From an uncultured Candidatus Saccharibacteria bacterium (GTDB lineage Bacteria > Patescibacteriota > Minisyncoccia > Phycocordibacterales > Zambryskibacteraceae), in contig CAYHDI010000003.1 in the NCBI GenBank assembly GCA_964355645.1, positions 887-64,886 on the forward strand: 64,000 nt of DNA, in the 5' to 3' direction. Positions within the stretch are counted from its first letter, which is position 1; each line of letters opens with the position of its first letter. The position numbers and the translations under genes were made by a program. Positions 1 through 9,566 of the stretch are shown here, in pieces. The notes beneath the pieces are model-generated. The model was not told the origin of the DNA. It ran no database searches and saw nothing but the letters and a program-made list of their open reading frames with translations.

Positions 1-135
1 TAAACACATTGTTTGCTATGGTAGTTGTTATGTAAGTTCTCGTGGAAGAGGCACTTAGGGTTACACCAGAGGAATCGTTCTAGAGAAAAGTCCGGCGCTT
101 ACATAAATTTAAAATAAAGGCCGGCAAGAAAGAAA

Positions 136-420
136 ATGTCAACAAAGCTCTACGTCGGTGGTATTCCTTATACTACGACAGAAGCAGCACTTCAAGACGC
201 GTTTGCGAAAGCAGGTGCCGTCACTTCAGCTTCGATCATCATTGATCGTATGACTGGACGAAGCAAGGGTTTCGGATTCGTCGAGATGGCAGATGAAGCA
301 TCAGCAGACGCAGCAATCAACATGTACAACGGTCAGGATTTCGAAGGTCGAAAACTTACTGTGAACATCGCTCGTCCGCTTGAGCCTCGTGCTCCTCGCG
401 ACAATCGTCGTCCTATGTAA
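136..420 (+). CDS. RRM-domain RNA-binding protein
   Basis: RNP2 (KLYVGGI) and RNP1 (KGFGFVEM) motifs, 94 aa. Confidence 0.95.
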   Translation: MSTKLYVGGIPYTTTEAALQDAFAKAGAVTSASIIIDRMTGRSKGFGFVEMADEASADAAINMYNGQDFEGRKLTVNIARPLEPRAPRDNRRPM

Positions 421-462
421 CTTCCACGATTTCCCTTTCGCCAGTTGGCGGAAAGAAATCTG

Positions 463-496
463 AAACAAAAAATCTCCTTCGGGAGATTTTTTGTTT
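463..496 (+). terminator. Intrinsic terminator, possibly bidirectional
   Basis: aaacaaaaaatctcc-ttcg-ggagattttttgttt, a 15-bp perfect stem after the RRM gene. Confidence 0.85.
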
Positions 497-540
497 GTCA
501 TGAGCTCGTCGAATGATTTGTGTAGATGTATACTATATGT

Positions 541-1020
541 ATGAGTCTAAAGAAAAATTTAATTCTCTTAGTTGTTGCTATAGCATTGCTAATTCTTAGT
601 TTTAAATTTCTACCCTTTCATTGCTATTCGAAACTGTGCTTAGAAGAAAGTGTCCCAACCATGCGAACCGAGACGATTTTATTAAATAATATTCCTATCA
701 ATGCTCTTGTAGCAGACACTGAAGCAGAAAGGGTGCAAGGTTTGAGCGGAAGAAACGGTTTAAATGAGAGTGAGGGTATGCTTTTTGTATTTGATGTACC
801 AAACAAGTATGGAATCTGGATGAAGAACATGAATTTCCCAATTGATATTGTTTGGGCTGATGGTGGAAAAATAATTTCTATCGAAAAATCAGTTTCTCCC
901 ACCTCTTATCCAAAAGTTTTTTATCCCACCTCGTCTGCTCGGTTCATCCTCGAGCTTCCAGCTGGATTTTGCGACACCCATGACCTCAAAGTGGGAGATT
1001 CCTTCTCACAAGGTTTATAA
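541..1020 (+). CDS. DUF192-domain exported protein
   Basis: N-terminal TM segment; ADT..R.QGLSGR, GMLFVF, WMKNMNFPIDI and LELPAG motifs; ATG at 541 lies 6 nt after TATACT. Confidence 0.9.
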   Translation: MSLKKNLILLVVAIALLILSFKFLPFHCYSKLCLEESVPTMRTETILLNNIPINALVADTEAERVQGLSGRNGLNESEGMLFVFDVPNKYGIWMKNMNFPIDIVWADGGKIISIEKSVSPTSYPKVFYPTSSARFILELPAGFCDTHDLKVGDSFSQGL

Positions 1021-1120
1021 ACTTTGATAAATTTGTTCTATCCCACCGTTTGTTTTAAACGTCTTTCGGCGGGGGACTTTACAAAGTGGGAGATTTTCTT
1101 TTTTGTACAAAAAGAAATGG

Positions 1121-1129
1121 TTATCCACA
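1121..1129 (+). promoter_or_regulatory. Perfect DnaA box upstream of the ribonucleotide reductase gene
   Basis: TTATCCACA about 75 nt before the nrdJ start. Confidence 0.5.
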
Positions 1130-1203
1130 CGCCCTCGGTCTAATTTTTTCTATACAATATGCTAACACCAGTAAATTTTATTAGTTCCGTCTAATCAGTA
1201 CCC

Positions 1204-3516
1204 ATGTCCAAAACCCTAAAAAAGAATGTCAAAGCAAGAGTCGCTAAAACGAGTTTAAAGATTCCAAAAACTTTTAAAATCATCAGAACTATTAGAAAGA
1301 GAGACGGACGAGTGGTACCTTTCGATCCTAATAAAATTTACGAAGCTCTTTTCAAAGCCTTCTTAGCCGTTCGAGAGAAGGATGGACCGGTGGTCAAACA
1401 GGTTTCAAGAAAAGTTATTTTCAATTTGCAGAATCTTTTCACCCAGGAGGCTCCGGGTGTGGAAGAAATCCAAGATGTCATCATCGATACCCTCAAAAAA
1501 GATAATTTCAGCGACGTGGCTGAGGCTTATGATGAATACAGAAAAAAAAGACAGGAGATTCGAGAAGCGAAATATTATCTTCTCTATCATGATGTCAAAA
1601 CGACTGTCACCGAGAACGCGCTGAAAGTTCTCGAATCAAGATATTTGAGAAAAGATTCAAACGGAAAGATTATTGAAACTCCCCAACAACTCTTCAGAAG
1701 AATCGCTTCAAACATCGCGGCTGCAGAAAAGATTTATGATCCGAATATTTCTGATGAAGACATCATGAAAGCCGAAGAACGTTTCTATAGATTGATTGCT
1801 TCGCTTGAATTTCTTCCGAACTCACCAACTCTCATGAATGCAGGCACTGCGATGCAACAACTCTCCGCGTGTTTCGTTTTGCCCGTTGAAGATTCCATGG
1901 AAAGTATTTTCGAAGCAGTGAAAGCCACAGCCATCATTCACAAATCCGGCGGAGGCACGGGATACAATTTCGGAAGATTGCGACCGAAGAACGACATGGT
2001 GATGCAGACAGGTGGAGTTTCCTCCGGTCCGATTTCTTTTATGCGTGTGTTTGATATGGTGGCCGAAGTGGTGAAGCAGGGAGGCAAGAGACGAGGAGCC
2101 ATGATGGCCATCTTGAATATCGACCACCCGGATGTTCTTGAATTCATAATGGCCAAGACGAAGGAAGGTATACTTCAAAACTTCAATATTTCGGTGGCTA
2201 TCACCAACGAATTCATGGAGGCGGTAAAGAAGGGCAAAACTTATAAATTAATTAACCCGAAGAACAACCAGCCAGTTGGAGAGCTTGATGCAAGGGAAGT
2301 TTTCGACAAGGTGGCCCATCTGGCCTGGGAAACTGGAGACCCTGGAGTGGTGTTCATTGATCGCATGAACAATGCTCGTGGGAATCCAACCCCCAAACTC
2401 GGACGTATCGAGTCTACCAATCCTTGTGGAGAACAACCTCTTTTGCCGAACGAACCGTGCAATCTTGGTAGTATTGATATAAATAAATTTATAAAACAAG
2501 AGGGCAGAAAAAATGTGTTTGATTGGGAGAGATTAAAAACTACTGTGCACGAATCGGTACATTTCCTGGACAATGTGATTGATATGAACAGATATCCTTT
2601 GCCGGAGATTGATGCCATGGCGCGTTCTAATCGTCGAATCGGTTTAGGACTCATGGGTTGGGCGGATACTCTTGTCAGTCTTGAGATTCCTTATAACTCA
2701 AAGCAAGCACTTATTCTCGCAGACAAGCTAATGAGTTTCGTTGAAAAAGAATCTCACTCAGCTTCAATAAACATTGCCAAGAGACGCGGAACATTCGCCA
2801 ACTTTAAAGATTCTCTTTATAACCATGTTGGTGGAGAAAGATTGCGCAATTGCGCCGTGACCACTATTGCTCCGACGGGGACCATAGGAATTATCGCCGG
2901 TTGTTCTCAAGGCATCGAACCGAAGTTTGCTTTGGCTTACATTAGAAAATCAAGAATTGGAAAGGGTGAGAACGATTGGGTCGAATTGGTCGAAGTAGAC
3001 AAGCAGTTTGAAGATGTGGTGCGTCGCGAAGGATTTTATTCTGAAAGTCTTATCAAGCGCGTGGCCGAACACGGTTCAGTCGTCGGGGTGAAGGGTGTAC
3101 CTCTCAAGTGGCAAAAAGTTTTTGTTACCGCTCATGATTTGGATTATCCTGACCATGTGAAAATGCAAGCGGCTTTCCAAAAACATATTGACAACGCAGT
3201 CTCGAAAACAATCAATCTTCCAAACAAAGCCACCGTAGATGATGTGAAGAAGGCTTACATGCTTTCTTGGGACACGGGTTGCAAAGGGATTACTGTTTAT
3301 CGTGATGGTTCGAAGTCTGTGCAAGTTTTGAATGTTGGTAAGGACAAAAAGAAAGAAGGTGCTGAAAAAAATATTAAAGTACAGGATGTCATCTCAACTT
3401 TAGCCGAAGGTGGAAATGATTCGGTGATGACCGACACCAATGTTAGGAGTGCCGTGGATGTGAAGAACCCTCAACCCGAAGATTTGCCTCCCGGAGTTTG
3501 TCTGACGTGCAATTAA
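1204..3516 (+). CDS. nrdJ: Class II (adenosylcobalamin-dependent) ribonucleotide reductase with N-terminal ATP cone
   Basis: KRDGRVVPFD ATP cone, PNSPTLMNAG, LSACF, TNPCGEQ, TIAPTGT, C-terminal CxxC; no beta subunit nearby. Confidence 0.9.
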   Translation: MSKTLKKNVKARVAKTSLKIPKTFKIIRTIRKRDGRVVPFDPNKIYEALFKAFLAVREKDGPVVKQVSRKVIFNLQNLFTQEAPGVEEIQDVIIDTLKKDNFSDVAEAYDEYRKKRQEIREAKYYLLYHDVKTTVTENALKVLESRYLRKDSNGKIIETPQQLFRRIASNIAAAEKIYDPNISDEDIMKAEERFYRLIASLEFLPNSPTLMNAGTAMQQLSACFVLPVEDSMESIFEAVKATAIIHKSGGGTGYNFGRLRPKNDMVMQTGGVSSGPISFMRVFDMVAEVVKQGGKRRGAMMAILNIDHPDVLEFIMAKTKEGILQNFNISVAITNEFMEAVKKGKTYKLINPKNNQPVGELDAREVFDKVAHLAWETGDPGVVFIDRMNNARGNPTPKLGRIESTNPCGEQPLLPNEPCNLGSIDINKFIKQEGRKNVFDWERLKTTVHESVHFLDNVIDMNRYPLPEIDAMARSNRRIGLGLMGWADTLVSLEIPYNSKQALILADKLMSFVEKESHSASINIAKRRGTFANFKDSLYNHVGGERLRNCAVTTIAPTGTIGIIAGCSQGIEPKFALAYIRKSRIGKGENDWVELVEVDKQFEDVVRREGFYSESLIKRVAEHGSVVGVKGVPLKWQKVFVTAHDLDYPDHVKMQAAFQKHIDNAVSKTINLPNKATVDDVKKAYMLSWDTGCKGITVYRDGSKSVQVLNVGKDKKKEGAEKNIKVQDVISTLAEGGNDSVMTDTNVRSAVDVKNPQPEDLPPGVCLTCN

Positions 3517-3528
3517 TATAAGTTAATC

Positions 3529-3598
3529 CACCTCACCCCAGCCCCTCTCCTTGTCAAGGAGAGGGGTCGACTCGCGGGCGGCGAGCGGGGGTGAGGTG
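3529..3598. repeat. REP-like branched palindromic element (family E), intergenic
   Basis: Outer stem cacctcacccc/ggggtgaggtg enclosing cccctctcctt-gtc-aaggagagggg and ctcgc-gggcg-gcgag. Confidence 0.8.
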
Positions 3599-3615
3599 TA
3601 TGATATAATTCAATT

Positions 3616-4611
3616 ATGAAATCAATACGAGTGGCTATTAATGGTGCTGGGAGGATTGGTCGTGCTTTCTACAAGATTGCAAAGACTCGACCAGAATTGG
3701 AAGTGGTGGCTATAAACGACCTTGGAGATAAAGAAAATATTGCTTATCTACTTAAATACGATACGGTTTATGGTCAAAGTGATGTAAGTCTAGACAGAGT
3801 TCAATTTATCTCGGAGAAAGATCCGGCGAAATTACCGTGGAAGGATTTGAATATTGATGTGGTGGTCGAATCTACGGGATTTTATACGACTTATGCTAGT
3901 TCGAAAGCCCATCTTGATGCCGGAGCGAAGAAAGTAGTCGTGACTGCACCCATGAAAGATGAGCCGATTGCAGGGATTGAGGGAGCTACAATTCTTTTGG
4001 GTGTAAATGAAGAAAAATTCAAAACTTGTCAGATAAGTTCGAATGCCTCGTGCACTACGAACGCCGCTTCACCACTCCTTGCTATTCTTCATGAAGCTTT
4101 GGGTATTGAGAAAGCGGTTCTAAACACCGTTCACTCATACACCGCGAGTCAAAACTTGGTTGATGGTCCGAACAAAAAAGATTTTCGAGAAGGACGAGCT
4201 GCTGCACAGAACATTGTTCCGAGCTCTACTGGTGCAGCCATCGCGGTGACCAAAGCTCTGCCTGAATTTGAAGGATTGTTCGACGGAATTTCTATTCGAG
4301 TTCCTTCGGTGATTGGTTCAATCGTAGATGTGACTTTTATCTCGAAGAAACCCACCACAGTTCTCGAAGTGAACAAGATAATGACCGAGGCTTCGCATAC
4401 AGATAGATGGAAAAATGTTTTCGAGGTGACGAGTGAACCGATTGTCTCATCAGATATTCGGGATAGTGCTCATGCTTCCATCGCTGATTTAAATTTTACC
4501 CGTGTAGTCGGAGGTAATCTGGTGAAAGTTCTCGCATGGTATGACAACGAGATGGGGTATACTCATACTCTCGTTGAGCATGTAGTGAAAATGGGAGAAG
4601 GATTAGTCTAA
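3616..4611 (+). CDS. gap: Type I glyceraldehyde-3-phosphate dehydrogenase
   Basis: INGAGRIGR, SNASCTTN, WYDNE. Confidence 0.97.
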   Translation: MKSIRVAINGAGRIGRAFYKIAKTRPELEVVAINDLGDKENIAYLLKYDTVYGQSDVSLDRVQFISEKDPAKLPWKDLNIDVVVESTGFYTTYASSKAHLDAGAKKVVVTAPMKDEPIAGIEGATILLGVNEEKFKTCQISSNASCTTNAASPLLAILHEALGIEKAVLNTVHSYTASQNLVDGPNKKDFREGRAAAQNIVPSSTGAAIAVTKALPEFEGLFDGISIRVPSVIGSIVDVTFISKKPTTVLEVNKIMTEASHTDRWKNVFEVTSEPIVSSDIRDSAHASIADLNFTRVVGGNLVKVLAWYDNEMGYTHTLVEHVVKMGEGLV

Positions 4612-4620
4612 TTTTATTTT

Positions 4621-5085
4621 ATGAAAATATTTGTTGGCACAGATCATGCAGGGTTTGAGCTTAAACAGAAACTTGTTCCGTTTCTTGAAAGCTTGGGACA
4701 TGAGGTAGTGGACAAAGGAGCTTTAGAATTTGATGCCTATGATGATTACCCGGATTACGTCTCTTTGGTTGCACAGGAAATTTCGAAAAATCCAGACTCG
4801 ACCAAGGCTCGAGGGATTATCATAGGTGGTTCTGGAGAAGGTGAGGCCATGTGCGCCAATAGATTCAAAAATGTCAGAGCCATGGAATATTATGGGCCAC
4901 ACTCGAATGTTTCTATCATTAAAGCTTCAAGAAACGACAACGATTCAAATATTCTTTCTCTTGGTGCGCGACTGATTACTGAAGAAGAGGCGCTCAAGGC
5001 TGTTCAAGATTGGCTAGAGACGCCGTTTTCTGGAAATGAAAGGCACGTGAGGAGAATTGCCAAGCTCAACAACATCAATGGTTGA
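4621..5085 (+). CDS. rpiB: Ribose-5-phosphate isomerase B
   Basis: GTDHAG, DDYPD, GGSGEG, RHVRRI. Confidence 0.92.
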   Translation: MKIFVGTDHAGFELKQKLVPFLESLGHEVVDKGALEFDAYDDYPDYVSLVAQEISKNPDSTKARGIIIGGSGEGEAMCANRFKNVRAMEYYGPHSNVSIIKASRNDNDSNILSLGARLITEEEALKAVQDWLETPFSGNERHVRRIAKLNNING

Positions 5086-5782
5086 AATCATCCCAGCGAT
5101 ATTGCCTGAAGATTTTTCTGATCTTGAAGAAAAGCTTTCTCTCGTGGCCGGACGAGTGCCTATGGTGCATGTGGATATCACGAATGCCACTCTGACCAAA
5201 GAATCAAACTGGCCGTATAGTGGAGACCAAACAGATTTTTTAAAAATTGTGAACGAAGTGGAAGGATTCCCATTCTGGGAAGAAACGAGCTTTGAGGCAC
5301 ACCTCATGGTGAATAACCCGAAAGAGATTATTGAAGATTGGATTCTCGCTGGAGCAGAAAGATTGGTGATTCATGTAGAATCATTTGAAAGTGATAGTGA
5401 ATTGAGCCGAACACTCGATATTTTGAAAAACCGTTTTGATAAGGACACGACCTATCTCGGGATAGAAGTTGGGTTGGCGGTCAATATGAATACTTCGCTT
5501 GAGAAAGTTTATCCTCACGTTCTTGAAGCAGATTTTATCCATCTCATGAGTATTGATGAGATAGGTGAACAAGGAGAAAAATTTGATAAAAAAATATTTG
5601 AAAGGGTTAAGGAGTTGAGAGAGAAATTCCCTGAGACCATTATTGCTGTAGACGGGGGAGTAAATCTTGAGAATGCTTCAGAATTAATCGAAGCTGGCGT
5701 GAGCCGTCTCATCATCGGTTCAGCCATTTTTGATACTGAGAATCCAGAAGAATCTCTCGAAGAATTTCTGGAAGTGGTATAA
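5078..5782 (+). CDS. rpe: Ribulose-phosphate 3-epimerase
   Basis: IIPAIL, HVD, EAHLM, VDGGVN, IIGSAIF; ATG at 5078 overlaps the end of rpiB. Confidence 0.88.
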   Translation: MVEIIPAILPEDFSDLEEKLSLVAGRVPMVHVDITNATLTKESNWPYSGDQTDFLKIVNEVEGFPFWEETSFEAHLMVNNPKEIIEDWILAGAERLVIHVESFESDSELSRTLDILKNRFDKDTTYLGIEVGLAVNMNTSLEKVYPHVLEADFIHLMSIDEIGEQGEKFDKKIFERVKELREKFPETIIAVDGGVNLENASELIEAGVSRLIIGSAIFDTENPEESLEEFLEVV

Positions 5783-5793
5783 TTATTATACAA

Positions 5794-6663
5794 ATGAGCA
5801 CTTTATCTGATGAGAAAAGAGTGAAGCTTGAAGAAACTGCGAATAATATTCGCGAGTCGATTATTGAAATGCTGGTAGAAGCGGGGAGCGGGCACACCGC
5901 GGGACCACTCGGGATGGCGGATGTTTTCACTGTTCTATATTTTCATACACTCAAACACGACCCGAAGAATCCTACATGGGAAGAACGAGATAGATTGGTT
6001 CTTTCAAATGGACACATTTGTCCAGTGCTTTATGCCACCATGGCTTATTCTGGATATTTTCCTATTGAAGAATTGAAAACTTTGCGCAAATTCGGTTCAA
6101 GACTTCAAGGTCACCCACATAGAGATTTTCTCCCGATGGTTGAAACGAGTTCAGGTCCACTCGGTTCAGGACTTTCTCAAGCTGTCGGTATGGCCCTCGC
6201 AGACAAAATGGATAATGGGACGAATACCGGAAGAAGAATTTATTGTTTGATGTCTGATGGGGAATGCGAAGAAGGACAAACGTGGGAAGCGGCCATGCTC
6301 GGAGGAAAAAATAAATTAAATAATCTCGTGGCTGTAGTGGATAGAAACAATATTCAAATTGATGGCTATACCGAAGAGGTCATGCCTCTCGAATCCTTCT
6401 CGGACAAATGGCGGGCATGGAATTGGCACGTGATAGAAATTGACGGACACAATATGGAAGAGATCGCCGATGCGTTCGAGATGGCCAAAACGATTTTTGA
6501 GAAGCCGACTATGATTATTGCCCACACTATCCCGGGCAAAGGGGTGAAAGAATTCGAACGAGATTATCGTTGGCACGGCAAGCCACCAACCAAGGAAGAA
6601 GGCCTAATGGCCATTAATGAACTTCGAACTTTGGGTGGAAAAATAAGAAGTGAACATCAATAG
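5794..6663 (+). CDS. Transketolase N-terminal (TPP-binding) subunit
   Basis: GSGH, DRLVLSNGH, LQGHP, SDGECEEG..WEA, VDRN. Confidence 0.95.
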   Translation: MSTLSDEKRVKLEETANNIRESIIEMLVEAGSGHTAGPLGMADVFTVLYFHTLKHDPKNPTWEERDRLVLSNGHICPVLYATMAYSGYFPIEELKTLRKFGSRLQGHPHRDFLPMVETSSGPLGSGLSQAVGMALADKMDNGTNTGRRIYCLMSDGECEEGQTWEAAMLGGKNKLNNLVAVVDRNNIQIDGYTEEVMPLESFSDKWRAWNWHVIEIDGHNMEEIADAFEMAKTIFEKPTMIIAHTIPGKGVKEFERDYRWHGKPPTKEEGLMAINELRTLGGKIRSEHQ

Positions 6664-6664
6664 T

Positions 6665-7657
6665 ATGTTAAACAAAGATTTAAAACTAAATACAAAAATG
6701 TTCGAAACGGATGTCGAACAAATTCCAATTCGCAAGGGATTCGGTCAGGGTCTTGTACTCGCAGGTGAGAAAAATCCACAAGTGGTTGCTTTGTGTGCAG
6801 ATTTGACTGAATCAGCCCAAGCACTGGCGTTCAAAGAAAAGTTTCCGAACCGTTTCGTAGAGCTCGGAGTGGCTGAACAAAACATGGCGAGTGTGGCGAG
6901 CGGAATGGCAGCCATGGGCAAGATTCCTTTTATTATTTCTTATGCCATTTTTTCTCCAGGAAGAAATTGGGAACAAATCAGAACTACGATTGCTTATAAT
7001 AATCGCCCAGTAAAGATTGTTGGTTCACATGCCGGCATTTCTGTAGGACCGGACGGCGGGACACATCAAGCGATTGAGGATTTGGCCATCACTCGCGTGA
7101 TTCCCCGAATGATGGTGATTTCTCCGTGTGATGCAATTGAGGCGAAGAAAGCGACGGTAGCTTGCATTGGTGTTGATGCACCAGTTTATATCCGTTTGGC
7201 CCGCGAGAAAACCCCAGTGATGACCACGGAAGAAACTCCGTTTGAAATAGGCAAAGCTCAAATCTTTTGGACTCCGCCAACTGGCGGATCAAAACCAAAA
7301 GTAGGAATCATTGCAACGGGTGCCCTTCTTCACAAAGCTCTTTCAGTGGCACAAACTTTGGAGAAAGATGGAGTCGGGGTTGAAGTGATGAATCTCTCGA
7401 CCATTAAGCCGTTGGACGAAGATGCCATCATTGCTCTAGCCAAGAAAACCGGGAAAATTGTGACCGTAGAAGAACATCAAATTCGAGGCGGAATGGGCTC
7501 TGCTGTGGCAGAATGTCTAGTCAAGCATTTCCCCGTACCTATGAAATTTATTGGTGTGGATGACCAATTTGGTCAATCTGGTACTCCAGAAGAATTGATT
7601 GAACATTATGGAATGGGGGAGAAAGATATTTTGAAAGCGGTGAGAGAATTAATCTAG
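6665..7657 (+). CDS. Transketolase C-terminal subunit
   Basis: GVAEQN, GPDGGTHQ, TVEEH, FGQSG. Confidence 0.95.
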   Translation: MLNKDLKLNTKMFETDVEQIPIRKGFGQGLVLAGEKNPQVVALCADLTESAQALAFKEKFPNRFVELGVAEQNMASVASGMAAMGKIPFIISYAIFSPGRNWEQIRTTIAYNNRPVKIVGSHAGISVGPDGGTHQAIEDLAITRVIPRMMVISPCDAIEAKKATVACIGVDAPVYIRLAREKTPVMTTEETPFEIGKAQIFWTPPTGGSKPKVGIIATGALLHKALSVAQTLEKDGVGVEVMNLSTIKPLDEDAIIALAKKTGKIVTVEEHQIRGGMGSAVAECLVKHFPVPMKFIGVDDQFGQSGTPEELIEHYGMGEKDILKAVRELI

Positions 7658-8680
7658 TTTTTTTGGTTTGAAATTTGCAGGTGCTTGTTTCAAATATTCT
7701 TCAAGTTTTTCTCTTGTGAGCAACCCTTCTTGAGCGCCGATTTTTTGAACCACAGACATAGAATTTACCGCGCCCCACATGAGAGCTATTTCTAAATCTT
7801 TACCAAGAGCCAGGGCAGAAACAACTGTAGAAGCAAATGCATCTCCCGCTCCTGTTCTCTCAAATGCAAGTTTTTGATCGGGGTAAACAGGAGCAAACCA
7901 CATTTCTTGACCGTCGTATGCATAAGCCCCCCTTGGTCCATCGGTGATGACCACAATCTTTGCGTTGCCCATCGAAGCCTTGGCGGAGTTGGGGCCCAAT
8001 AATTCATACATACGCTTAAGAAGTTCTTTGATTCCTAATGTCTCAAGCCCAATAATCTTTCCAGCCTCTTCAACATTGCAAAAGAAAATATTGGCCCGTT
8101 TATAAAGTCTAGCCAATTTATCTTTACCCAAATTAATTTCATTTTTACCCGGTTGAAAAGCCAATTTAATTTCAAGATGATTTTCCAAATATTCTGCAAG
8201 AGTATCATAAAAGGAATTTGCAGAGTTTCCGACAGAACTAAAGTAAATCCATTTTGATCCGCCGGTTGGCGGATCAAAATCCGGTAGTAAATATGGATAA
8301 ACTTCATGCTTGGTTAAAATTGTTCGTTCTGGATCATACCACAAAACATAATGATAATTTGTTTTGGTCCCTTCATTTATTTTTATAAATTCTGTGCCGA
8401 CCCCTTCTTTTTTAAAAGCTTCCAGACAATCCACTCCGTTTTGATCATCACCAATATTTGAGACCAGAGCAGTTTTAAGTCCAAGCCTTGATGCAGATAC
8501 TGCCGCGTTTGCCGCATTGCCTACGGCTGGAACGATGGTCACATCTTCGTACGGAACCTTGTCAGCGAAGGGTAAACAGATTTTGTATTCCTTGGTGTCC
8601 GGTTGACCCACAACCGTCGCGTCTTTCAGCTTTATAAAAGCGTCAATAACCGTATCACCTATGGCCATGAAGTCGTACAT
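7649..8680 (-). CDS. PfkB/ribokinase-family carbohydrate kinase
   Basis: GNAANAA..RLG, NVEE, VITDG..GA, ERTGAGDAF; start at MYDF supported by a -10 box. Confidence 0.92.
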   Translation of the reverse strand: MYDFMAIGDTVIDAFIKLKDATVVGQPDTKEYKICLPFADKVPYEDVTIVPAVGNAANAAVSASRLGLKTALVSNIGDDQNGVDCLEAFKKEGVGTEFIKINEGTKTNYHYVLWYDPERTILTKHEVYPYLLPDFDPPTGGSKWIYFSSVGNSANSFYDTLAEYLENHLEIKLAFQPGKNEINLGKDKLARLYKRANIFFCNVEEAGKIIGLETLGIKELLKRMYELLGPNSAKASMGNAKIVVITDGPRGAYAYDGQEMWFAPVYPDQKLAFERTGAGDAFASTVVSALALGKDLEIALMWGAVNSMSVVQKIGAQEGLLTREKLEEYLKQAPANFKPKKLD

Positions 8681-8714
8681 TAAATTAATTGTACCATATG
8701 GTAAAATAATCTTA

Positions 8715-9566
8715 ATGAAAACTTTAAAAGAATATATACAAGAAGCGGAAGAGAAGGGAGTGGCCATAGGGCATTTCAATATTTCAGATTCAGAGGGATT
8801 GAAGGCGGTGGTGGAATCCGCTACCGAACTCGGGGTACCAGTTATTATTGGAGTTTCGGAGAAAGAAAGAAGTTTCCTCGGAGTGGCTGAGATTCGAGTA
8901 CTTGTTCAAGCGGAGAAAGACAAAGGCTTGCCTGTTTTTCTTAATGCCGATCATACGTATTCTATTGAAGCTTCGGAGGAAGCGGTGGATAATCATTTTG
9001 ATTCGGTCATCATTGATGGGGCGGAGAAACCTTTCAATGAAAATATGATGATGACGAAGGAAGTGGTGAGATATGCTCGTGAGAAAGCGCCCGGCATGCT
9101 TGTTGAGGGTGAACTCGGATTCATTGGCACGGGTTCGATGATGCGTGATGAAATTCCTGATGGAGTCTCACTTGAAACTCAAACTACACTAGAAGATGCG
9201 AAGAAATTTGTCGAAGAAACGGGGGTGGATTTGTTCGCCCCTTCGGTCGGTAATGTACACGGTCTTGTAAGATCAGGCGAACCAAAACTAAATATTAAAA
9301 GAATCAAGGAAATTAATAAAGTCGTGGGCGTACCCCTTGTTCTTCACGGTGCTTCAGGAAATACTGACGAAGAAGTCTCGGCTTCGATTGATGCGGGGAT
9401 TCGTATTGTTCATATCAATACCGAACTCCGCTTGGCTTACAAAAAGGGAATTGAGAAGGGTTTGAGTTCAGATGAAATTGCTCCGTACAAATTTATGGCC
9501 GAAGGTGTGGTCGAGATGAAAAAGATTGTTACCGCCAAGCTCAAAGTTTTCAACAAAATTAAATGA
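8715..9566 (+). CDS. fba: Class II fructose-bisphosphate aldolase
   Basis: LNADH, VEGELG, VGNVHG, LVLHG, INTE. Confidence 0.93.
   Translation: MKTLKEYIQEAEEKGVAIGHFNISDSEGLKAVVESATELGVPVIIGVSEKERSFLGVAEIRVLVQAEKDKGLPVFLNADHTYSIEASEEAVDNHFDSVIIDGAEKPFNENMMMTKEVVRYAREKAPGMLVEGELGFIGTGSMMRDEIPDGVSLETQTTLEDAKKFVEETGVDLFAPSVGNVHGLVRSGEPKLNIKRIKEINKVVGVPLVLHGASGNTDEEVSASIDAGIRIVHINTELRLAYKKGIEKGLSSDEIAPYKFMAEGVVEMKKIVTAKLKVFNKIK

Noticed and set aside
1020-1203. Cobalamin riboswitch or NrdR boxes upstream of nrdJ
   Set aside because: No B12-box or convincing NrdR palindrome recognised by eye.
1204-3516. Intein or intron in nrdJ (also considered for gyrB and dnaE)
   Set aside because: Lengths are normal and no splicing motifs or homing-nuclease inserts were seen.
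5794-7657. Split transketolase as a frameshifted pseudogene
   Set aside because: Two-subunit transketolases are a known form, and both halves have intact motifs and separate starts.
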